64,000 bases of DNA from a virus (taxonomy: Duplodnaviria; Caudoviricetes). Under the pieces are notes generated by a model. The model made no database searches and was not told the origin of the DNA. It worked only from the letters and a program-made list of their open reading frames with translations. The stretch lies in IMG/VR virus record IMGVR_UViG_3300037455_000467, positions 1 through 64,000 of that record; one strand, written 5' to 3'. Below are positions 47,140 through 57,000 of the stretch, one piece after another. The position numbers were made by a program, and so were the translations under genes. How positions within the stretch are numbered: the first letter of the stretch is position 1; every line of letters begins with the position of its first letter.

Positions 47140-47745
47140 TTATCCAATTGTAAGAGTGATACCACCAGCCTGATTATCAGTCTCGGAAACAGGAATGGCA
47201 TTAACAGTGACCTGAGAGAGATAATTCTGAGCAGGAGAAGTGGTAGAATCAGGAACAATCGTCTGCTGGGAGAAAGTCGGGGTAACAGTCGGAGAACCAG
47301 CGACAACATCCTCCGTACCAGTCATGCTACCCTCAACGCCAAGGATCGTCACACCCTCGCGAATGTTAGTGGCAACAATCTTAGCCTGCTCAGTAGAATC
47401 GATAGCAACAGAACCAGAACCGTCATGATAACCATTCTGAATCGTATAAGTACCAGCAACAGTCGAAATCGTGCCAGTAACACCACCACGATTCGGCATA
47501 GTACCAGTTACCTTGGACTTATTAATATAAGCAGTCTTAGTAGCAAGAATTTCGCCCTCAACTGCAGTAGCATCAGTAGTATCAGAATCAAAAGTACAAG
47601 TACCCGTGATAGGAGCACCAGACTTATCATGAGCAGTATAATCCTTAAGGATTTTTGATGCTGTAACAGTATCTGCAGTAAGGTCGATCTTAGTCTGACC
47701 GTTAACGATAATCTTATTGTAATAAGTATTGGCCATGAATATCAT
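47140..47745 (-). CDS. Probable tail fibre/structural protein
   Basis: Thr-rich beta pattern, ILATKTAY...GTMPN...GYHDGSG, NIREGVTILGVEG. Confidence 0.6.
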   Translation of the reverse strand: MIFMANTYYNKIIVNGQTKIDLTADTVTASKILKDYTAHDKSGAPITGTCTFDSDTTDATAVEGEILATKTAYINKSKVTGTMPNRGGVTGTISTVAGTYTIQNGYHDGSGSVAIDSTEQAKIVATNIREGVTILGVEGSMTGTEDVVAGSPTVTPTFSQQTIVPDSTTSPAQNYLSQVTVNAIPVSETDNQAGGITLTIG

Positions 47746-47999
47746 CCTCCAATATTCAGTGTGTAACCGCCGGAATCATTACCAACAGTTGAAACAGGAA
47801 CTTTCTTAATAGTAATGTCATTTCTTAAATATTTACCTTTTGTAGATATAATTTGATCTTCAAAGGAAGTTTCTATTTCATAGTCTTCGCTGTATTCCTC
47901 AGATGGTTTAACATTACCATGTATGTAATAGTTTTGAGATTCTTCGATTACTGCTGAAATACTATATGGAGTTGATAACTTAGCAGAAATACCATCCAT
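47742..47999 (-). CDS. Hypothetical structural protein
   Basis: C-terminal ITIKKVP...NDSGGYTLNIG parallels the neighbour's C-terminus. Confidence 0.6.
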   Translation of the reverse strand: MDGISAKLSTPYSISAVIEESQNYYIHGNVKPSEEYSEDYEIETSFEDQIISTKGKYLRNDITIKKVPVSTVGNDSGGYTLNIGG

Positions 48000-48328
48000 T
48001 AATCTACCTCTTCTTCAAGTTTAAGAATAGATTTGGATATAAATGTATCTACGGTACCATCTGCAAAAGTAATTTGTAAGTCATAAACATATGTACCAAA
48101 GTCAAGATTTTTTGTATCTTCAGGCTTAATTTCAAGAATTAAAGTATCATTTGGAACTATAATAAAAATAGATGCTTCGGAATCTGAATATTTTTTCTTA
48201 GCAGCAAACCGAATAACATCACCTTCATTAGGAACAAATTCATTTCCATCACTATCAGTTAATACCAATTTAATTCTGCAAGTATCGCCTCTAGTCATTA
48301 TTATGGTATTGTTTGTCACCTTCTTCAT
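47999..48328 (-). CDS. BppU N-terminal-like / Ig-like structural protein
   Basis: MTRGDT...LEIKPEDTKNLDFGTYVYDLQITFADGTVDTFI. Confidence 0.55.
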   Translation of the reverse strand: MKKVTNNTIIMTRGDTCRIKLVLTDSDGNEFVPNEGDVIRFAAKKKYSDSEASIFIIVPNDTLILEIKPEDTKNLDFGTYVYDLQITFADGTVDTFISKSILKLEEEVD

Positions 48329-48485
48329 GAAATATCACCTACTTTTTTCTTAGGAAATGTATTGATTCCTATAACAATTGGTAGTAATATAATAGTGACA
48401 AGCATTGCAACTAAACGAGCTATAGTGTTATCATGCAAATATAGAAAAAGTGCTATGCAATACCTAATAGCCAATGCAAAGTACA

Positions 48486-49313
48486 TTACATACAGCACCC
48501 ATTACCACAATTGCAGAAAGGATTATACCCTGCATTATAAGCAGTGCTCATCGGATAGCGAACAACACCAGCTACTGCATTCTGAAGCTCAAGACCCTGG
48601 ACCTTCTGCTGAAGCTCCTCAATCTTATTCTCCTGCATCATCTGTCTAGTAGCGGCGCCATCCTGCTGAATAGCCTGAACAATGGCAGATGTGTTCATAG
48701 CTGCATCATAACGATTCTGAGCCAAAGCAGAATTCAAATTAGCATTGCTGAGAGCAGCCTCATAACGATTCTGCGAAATACCAGCATTGAGATTAGCGGT
48801 ATTCAGCGCTGCATCATAGCGATTCTGAGCAAGTCCTGCATTGATCGCTGCCGTATTATCCTGAATCAGCATCTTAGTCGAGCAGCAACAATCATTCTGG
48901 TTATTCATAGACTGCTGCTGAAGAACTGCAATACCAGCAATATCACGCTGAAGCTCATTATACTTATCATTCAGCATACCACTCATATACTGAGTATTCA
49001 TATTGGCGTTTTGCATACCCTGCATAGAGTTGGAATTAATCGCAGCAAGGATCTCACGCTCATTTGCCATACTGTTCTGATTATCGAAGCCACGCTGAAC
49101 CTCATTCGAAGTGGCGAGGTTCTCATAGCCAATAGCATTCTGGAAACCATTATTTCCCCAGCCATTATTTCCCCACATAGCCCAGAAGAGAATAAGGATC
49201 CACCACCAATTTCCATCACCAAAGTTATTGTTGTTGCCCATAACAGCAGCCATATCAGCAGGAGTCATTCCGCCACCAGTAAGAGCAGTCTCGCCCATGA
49301 TATGTCCTTTCAT
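48486..49313 (-). CDS. Asn/Gln/Cys-rich hypothetical protein with three 18-aa tandem repeats
   Basis: WWWILILF TM, NDCCC, QNRY(D/E)AA every 54 nt (48707, 48761, 48815), C-terminal CNCGNGCCM. Confidence 0.75.
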   Translation of the reverse strand: MKGHIMGETALTGGGMTPADMAAVMGNNNNFGDGNWWWILILFWAMWGNNGWGNNGFQNAIGYENLATSNEVQRGFDNQNSMANEREILAAINSNSMQGMQNANMNTQYMSGMLNDKYNELQRDIAGIAVLQQQSMNNQNDCCCSTKMLIQDNTAAINAGLAQNRYDAALNTANLNAGISQNRYEAALSNANLNSALAQNRYDAAMNTSAIVQAIQQDGAATRQMMQENKIEELQQKVQGLELQNAVAGVVRYPMSTAYNAGYNPFCNCGNGCCM

Positions 49314-49549
49314 TCAATAGACACATGCTCCCATGGTCTATTTGGATATACAGTTTTGTAAGCATAAATATAACGCATGTATTTATTTATCTGCTTTTCA
49401 ATTTCATCTATATGCCCTTGTATGATTCGTTGTGTCCACTCTAATTTATACAATTTGAACTTTAAATCATCTATTCCAGTACTATAATGTACATACTCCA
49501 TAGCATCATACAGTTCTTCTTCAGTTTTGCATTTACTTGTATCGATCAT
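49310..49549 (-). CDS. Hypothetical protein
   Basis: 79-aa AT-rich ORF. Confidence 0.5.
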   Translation of the reverse strand: MIDTSKCKTEEELYDAMEYVHYSTGIDDLKFKLYKLEWTQRIIQGHIDEIEKQINKYMRYIYAYKTVYPNRPWEHVSIE

Positions 49550-49561
49550 TTTAATAACCTT

Positions 49562-49822
49562 TTAAAATCCGAAAGTATTCATTATCTGTCTTGGATCTAC
49601 ATTTTTAAACTGATTATAGTCAAGTCCAACTTCTTGAAATGCTTGTTCTGGAGTTTTATTTCGTACATGATCAGCCAACATCCTAAAATTCGGATTAGTA
49701 TTATATAATTTATTAAACATCATTTGCTGCATTAAATTAGCTGGTCCGCCCATTCCTTGTTGTGGCATTTGATTGGGCATTTGGTTGACCATTGGATTTT
49801 GACGAGGACGTAGAGGGTTCAC
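49562..49822 (-). CDS. Gln/Met/Pro-rich small protein
   Basis: MNPLRPRQNPM...KTPEQAFQEVGLDYNQFK. Confidence 0.7.
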   Translation of the reverse strand: MNPLRPRQNPMVNQMPNQMPQQGMGGPANLMQQMMFNKLYNTNPNFRMLADHVRNKTPEQAFQEVGLDYNQFKNVDPRQIMNTFGF

Positions 49823-50831
49823 TACCGATCATCTCCTCAATAATCTGAATAACATCTTCTCTTGTTAAACCTATTTGTTGCTGTGGCATAGAATTATTAA
49901 AACCGGTATGCATCAATGGCGATAAATGTTGAGGCATCTCTTCAGAGCATTCCTCAAATTTATAAACATTAATACCATTACACTGTCCATTTTGATCATA
50001 ACTACAAATATACATGAGCGGCTGATCCTCATCAAATCTAGCCATTCGTGAATTTGGAGTCCCTGTAGTATTTTTTGCTCCTTCAATACCAATTACAAAT
50101 GACAAATCATTAGACGGCATTTGACCTTGTGGATATCCTTGCTGCCAACCTTGATTCATTGGTTGATTATATGGCATTCTCATGTTAGCATTAGCTTGAG
50201 AATATCCATTCATCTGACCAAGATTGCCTTGCGGATATCCAGTATTCATCGGAGCTGTTGTCTGAGGCCAAGGGCCCGTATTCGAACCAAATTGAGGATA
50301 TGCATTATTCATTGGCATAGTATCACCTTCTTCGGCGCCATTAATATCGGTCTCATCTTCATCAGGTGGTCTTAAAATATAATCCCATCCCTTATCGAAG
50401 GTGATTACTGGATGTTTACTAATTTCTTGGTCTGTTTGATCTCCACTTTCTCCAACAAAGCCACCATTTTCAGAAGCATTTGCGCTGATCGATTCGCCAT
50501 CACCAACATATACTTCTGCATGCAATGCTAGGTTAAGGAGAATATCACCTATTTTGAGATCACTTATACCAACATTAGCAAACGGTAAAATTTGAAACCC
50601 TGCTTTTTCAAAATCTTTTAGCATAGTTCCCGTAAACCTTACCTTATCTCCTCCAGAACCGACAGGGAATCCAGCTTGATTTGCAGCATAATATATCAAT
50701 GAAGCACAATCAAAATCTGGTCCCCATCGGCCTGAAGGTGGTTTTTGAGAATATCCATAAGTATTATCGTCTGCTATTCTCTGTATCTCATTTACAAATT
50801 TGTCTTTACGTGTCGGCGGTGATCGTGTCAT
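49737..50831 (-). CDS. NlpC/P60-type peptidoglycan amidase fused to a Gln/Pro-rich domain
   Basis: YGYSQ..RWGPDFDCASLI...GDILLN...HAEVY...WDYILRP, then a QP-rich linker and FDEDQPLMYI...YKFEE. Confidence 0.75.
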   Translation of the reverse strand: MTRSPPTRKDKFVNEIQRIADDNTYGYSQKPPSGRWGPDFDCASLIYYAANQAGFPVGSGGDKVRFTGTMLKDFEKAGFQILPFANVGISDLKIGDILLNLALHAEVYVGDGESISANASENGGFVGESGDQTDQEISKHPVITFDKGWDYILRPPDEDETDINGAEEGDTMPMNNAYPQFGSNTGPWPQTTAPMNTGYPQGNLGQMNGYSQANANMRMPYNQPMNQGWQQGYPQGQMPSNDLSFVIGIEGAKNTTGTPNSRMARFDEDQPLMYICSYDQNGQCNGINVYKFEECSEEMPQHLSPLMHTGFNNSMPQQQIGLTREDVIQIIEEMIGSEPSTSSSKSNGQPNAQSNATTRNGRTS

Positions 50832-50853
50832 TTGTTGGGCTCCTTTCTATTAA

Positions 50854-51066
50854 CTATTCCTCAACAGCCTCTTGAGGCGTTGGGCAAGGAATATTAGTAC
50901 GTATAGTATTAAGTGATTTAATTGCACTATTGTAATTAATTTCAAGTATTGTTTTCGATATCATTTCCATAACTATTCCGGCATCCAATTTAAATTTTGA
51001 TACTTCTGATGAAATAAAATCAACAGTATCATTTGATAATTGATAAATAATTTCTTGATAAGTCAT
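50854..51066 (-). CDS. Hypothetical protein
   Basis: 70-aa ORF. Confidence 0.5.
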   Translation of the reverse strand: MTYQEIIYQLSNDTVDFISSEVSKFKLDAGIVMEMISKTILEINYNSAIKSLNTIRTNIPCPTPQEAVEE

Positions 51067-51080
51067 TTAAAATCTCCTTT

Positions 51081-54000
51081 TTAATTTACTTCAACATTGA
51101 CAAGCCATCCATTCCAAAAAGTTAACTCAAACCAGACATCATCTTTAGACACCCAACTTACAGTAGCCGATAATGCCCAATCTGTTTGCCTTGTTTGTCC
51201 GTTATATACTTTAACTGATCCAAACTTTAATCCATCAAGAACATCATAAGTTATTTCACCAGCCGTTATGGTATGAGCTTCTATTCTATCGCCATTAATA
51301 TATCCACTAGTAATATTATTAGCATCAAGATGTGTTACATCAATATATCTAGCATCGATTTCTCCGCCTCGAATGCGATCAGCATTAATATAACCACTAG
51401 TAATATTATCAGCATTAATATTAGTAACATATACTCTAGATGCATCAATAGTACCAGTAGTAATATGTCCACCATCAATAACTGTAGTAGTTTCATCTTT
51501 ACTTGGATATGAAGTAGTAACGGATCCATCAGACATCTTCATTTGAGTAGCCATAAATATTACTGGATAACTACTACTATATTGTGGTCTAGAAATAGTC
51601 CAAGTATAGCTTGATGGAGTAGTTGAATCATTTGTAACCCAACTAGATGGCATATAATTATTATTAATATATGATGCACTGGTTCCACTACCAGCTCTTA
51701 AATATATAGTTTGAACTGCTGATAATGAATCAATATTTTTAATAGCATTATTAATCTTATCTAATCCTAATAATGTAGTTCTAACATCTCCATCATCATA
51801 TAATGTTTGAACTGCTTGATAAAGATAATAACTACTAGATAATTGAAAAACATACGTAGTCCAAGTATCATTATTAGCACTTGTATTTGATACCCAATAA
51901 CTAGGTAAACTTGGAGTAGAACTATAATAACTTCTATAATAAACATATTGAACATCGGTTATAGCATCTTCTTTTTTAGTATAATTATTTATTCCTTGGA
52001 AATTGGTAACACTAATATGCTCAGTATCAAGTTGTGTTGATGTAATAGAATGTGTTAAAATATGTCCACCGTCAATAACAGTTGTAGTTTCATCACGTTT
52101 TGGATTAGTAGTAGTTAATGATCCATCATTATATAATGTTTGAGTAGCTACATATAAATAGGGGTATGAAGAACTATATTGAGGTCTATAAGTAGTCCAT
52201 CTATTTTGATAACCAGTTTCATCAGTTATCCAATAAGTTGGAATTTGGCTAGAACTAGTAATTATATTACCTTGATTACTAGAAAAACTTTTATAAATTA
52301 TTTGAGTTTTATTAGCATTTTCAGATTTTTTAGAATAATTTGATCCATCTTTAAGTGATCCAACTGTTATTTGATTAACTGCAACTCGTGCTGCATCAAT
52401 CGTACCAGTAGTAATATGTCCGCCATCGATTACTGTAGTAGTTTGATCTTTTTTAGGAGTAGTACAATTTATAGTACCATTTGCAAACTTAGTCTGCTTA
52501 GCAACAAATAATACAGGATAATTACTATTATACTCAGGTCTTGTGCTAGTCCAAATGTTCTGATTACCAGTAGTATTAGTGACCCAACTAGTAGGGGCAG
52601 CCATAGAATTAGTACCGGACACTGCAGATTTGTAAATATATTGATAATCATTAACCGTAGACATAATATCGGCTTTATTATCATCGATATCATCTACTCT
52701 ATTATTTAAACTAGTAAATGCTGTATTACCAATAAGATTAATTCTATTAGCGTTAATTGTTACATTTTCTGGCGATTGGTTAATCATGGAAATGATTTCA
52801 CCTTTATCAGTTTTTGCAGAAACGACTGACATAATATTATCACTAGTAAGCTTAACATAAGCTTCTGTAGATTCAACTATTGCATCGCCAATTTTACGCA
52901 TATAATTTTCAGTATAATCATCACCATCTTCTGGAGCAGCAGTCCAGTCTGTAGCTTTACTTCCTATCTCAAACTTCATACCACACACATAGGCTTTATT
53001 ACTACCATAAAGTCTAAGAAGAATATAACGATTAACTTCGGAATAACTCTCAGTACAGAACCATCTAACCCAATACTTTGTCCACTCTCCATTTAACTGA
53101 ATATTAGCTTGTCCATTATAATTATTATCGATCTCAACATCTTGACAAGTTAAAATATTAAATTTAGCTGAATTAGAATTTGAACCAAATATAACTTGTA
53201 GTGAGCCAACTCCCTTAGCATAGAATCCAAGACAATAATATTCGCCAACTTTTGGAATTATTACATTGTTAAATTTAGCAAAATCTTTATATGTTGAACT
53301 AGAAGCAGAAGTATTATCCAAATATCTAATAGCAAGATCCCTATACTTAAGTGTATCAAGAATAGAATATCCGCCAGAATAACTTCTATCATCAGATGAT
53401 CCTATAATATTGATGTTACTATCAATAAGATCCTTTCCATTACTATCTAAATATCCTTTTCCAGTAAAAGCTTGTGTATTCAGAAGGTAATTTCTACCAC
53501 CTATCTGCATATTATTAAATTCGCCTTTACTAGTATAATCTTCACTAACTCTTGCTAAAATATCACTACTTGTTTGACTAATTTCACTACTTCTATTAAC
53601 AATTTCAGTAGCAATTAATTCATCAACATATCTTTGGTTAATAGTTACAGTTTCACTAATTCTAGAAATAAAAGTCTTTTCAGTTGCTTCAATAAGATGT
53701 TGATTTTGTTCAACTCGTTCATATAAATCAGAAAGAGTTAACATATATGTATCATAATCTTCTGGAGCAGCCGTCCAATCACTCATATTATTATTTTGTT
53801 CAAATTTTAATCCATAAATAGAAGCTTTATTACCACCATATAATCTCAGCAATACATTTCTCTTTTGCTGAGATTCAATACTATCATTAGTAAGATTCCA
53901 TTTTATCCAATATCTAATCCAAGTATTAGATAAAGTAATCTCAATCATTCCATCAGAAGAAGTTCTTGTAATATTTTGAGAAGTAAGCGCCGTAATAGTT

Positions 54001-57000
54001 TCATTGTTTTGAGCTGGATAAAAATATGCTGTAATATTTCCAGAACCTTTAGCCCAAAAACTAAAATAATATGTTTTATCTATTGCTGGTTCTATAACAT
54101 TTGCATACCTTGCAAATTCGCTATACATTAAACTAGATAATAAAGTATTATCCAACTCTCTAACATAGTATCCCGAATCATTTGGAGTATTAGATACATT
54201 AGATTCTGCAAAATCTAATGCTCCATCCATATATCTTCCGATAGAAATATTATTGCTATCAAGAATTGGACTACCTTTGCTATCCGTTAAATCAATACCA
54301 GTAAACACTTTAGTATACTTTAACAAATTTCGACCATCAATATAAATATTATTAAATTCAGTTTTAGTAATATAAGTTGCGTCAATATTTGCATAAATAC
54401 CATCAGTAGCAACTGCTATAGCAGAATTACGATTAGATGCTTCTATCGATACAAGATTTTCTGTCTCTTGTTTCGTATATACACTTGACGTATCAGCTTT
54501 AAGATTAATTGCATTTGCATTCTGAGTAATATTAGTTTCGGCAGAATTAAGTCTTTCTGAAATAGTTGCAGCTTCAGTTTTAGTATAATAAGTATTACCG
54601 ACTGTTGTTTTATAAGTGTCAAGGTCTTGGTATAATTCTGAATATTTGGTCACAATATCTTGCTGACTAGCTGTACCATCATCGTTAGTTCCCATACGAG
54701 TAGTAAGATTTCTAATAGTAGCACTATTAGTATCAGCAGTTTGTTTAACTTCATTAACTGTATTCGATGTTGTAACAGTTGTGATATTAGTTTGTTGGAA
54801 TGAATCTCCAACATACGCCATAAGTTGATTTGTAGATGAGAAACTGCCATTGGTAGCAGAGCTCATAACACCGAGTGGAATATAATAATAATTATCAACT
54901 GCTACTGGAATGGTTGTTGTAAGATAATTGTTATCAGCTATAGTAAATGTATTGCCAACAACAGTACCCTTAAGATAAATTACTTTATCTTTACTTCCAT
55001 TTTGAATGATTCCATTGGAACTATAATTAATATTAGAAGCCATTAAATCATTATTATTACCTGTACTACCTTGTACAATAGAATCCCGTGAATAAAGAAG
55101 TGGATGAGATAAATTAAATGATACTCCAGCTCCAATATTCTTATAACCAGAATTTGTACCACAAATTATTCGTCCACTATTAATTGCACTTGCAGCAGTA
55201 ATATCAGATTCATATCGAGTTCTATTATAAGTATCTTCAGTCCAGTAACCAGTAGCTCTCCAATTAGTTCCATCATATGTTAAATTAATAACTGAATTAG
55301 CTTCAAACTGTGTTGTTACTCTACTATCATTAATATAAATTGGAATAGCTTCACTAAGAGTTCCGTCGCTTAAAGTAAGTCTTAAAGTAGCATTTCCACT
55401 TCCCGCATATGGAAGTTTATATGCAATACTTTTACCAACTTTAATTTCAGAATCTCTAGTTATACCAGTCCATGCTCCTGTTGAACTAGTTTGAGTTCCA
55501 ATAATATACTCAACACTTTGATCAAGAGCTGTTTCGGTAATTTCAGTAATTGTAGTAATTGTTGCACTATTTTCAGCTACATCATGAACAAGTTCATTAA
55601 AGACATTACTTGTAATCCTAGTTTCAAGTTCAGTCATTACTAAATCTGTTTTACTTTGAAGTTCACTAGTAGCTGTATCTAAAATTGGTTCAGACCACCC
55701 ATAAGTACCATCACTAAATTGATACTCATAGCAATAAAAATAATAAGGAGTACCAGGATTATAAACTGGAATAAATACATCCCATTTAGTTTGAGTTGCT
55801 ATTGGTTTGTTAGAGCTATCTAAAATATTATACTCAGAATCGTCATCTAAATATTCATAATAAGTACCAGCACCAGTTCTAGAAATATCAGTTGGTGCAG
55901 ATGGAATTGTATCATTATTACGAACAGTCCAAAGTTGAATAGTAGCTTCTATACCAACAAAATTATTTCTATATGTGTCAGATAATCCTCGATCATAAAC
56001 AACATCTGACCATCCATAAGTGCCATCAAGATACTGATATTCATAGCAATAATAGTAATATGGTTTAGACTCATCATAAGGTGGTATAGTAGCATACCAA
56101 TATTGACAAAGTATAGGATTACCATCGCTATCAAGAATATCAAAAGCAAGATTATCGGTTAAGAATTGACCATTAAGTACTGGCTGTTCGGGCTTCCCAG
56201 GAGGTGTTTCACTATCGGTGTTAATCCAAACCTGTGTTGAACTTACAAGAGATTTATTAGTAGCAGTGACTAAATTGTTATAACTTTGAATAAGACTACC
56301 TAATGAAGACTCGGTATTAGTACTCCACATCTGAATATTGCTGTCAAATTGCTGAATAGCTACAATATTATTCTCGGCAGTAGTAATTCGAGCAAGAGCA
56401 TCAGATATAGCAGTATCGCGAATTAGCTGCCATGAATAGACTCCATTAATCTTCGAAAATCGATAGTTATAACCATCATACTCGGAACCAGAATCCATGA
56501 CATAATACACATCGCCAACATGAGCATCTTTAAGAGCATCAGTAGTCCAGTCACTTGCAGGATAATTTACAAGTGTAGGAACTGCCGTACCAGTATATGT
56601 ATCAATAGCACCATCAATGCGAGAATTTAGTGTAGCTACAATAGCTTCAATTTCTTCAGCTGTATAAACTTGTTCATTGAGTGAATTAAGAGAAAGAGTA
56701 CCTTCACCAACAAGCTGACCATTAATTGTACCAACTGTAATATTAGATGCATTAAGATTATAAACCCTAATGACACCAGCATTAATTTCGCCAGCTGTTA
56801 ATTTATTAGCACTAACATCATTAATCATAGCATCTGATATAGATGCATCTCTAATTACACCACGATTAATCCATGAATTTTGTACATTTGAAATATCAAC
56901 AAGTGCATAATGTACATCCAAGTCATTAACATCTGCATAACTAATAGTCGCATTATCGATTACACCACGATAAATATGAGCATAATTGGCTTCGAGATCT

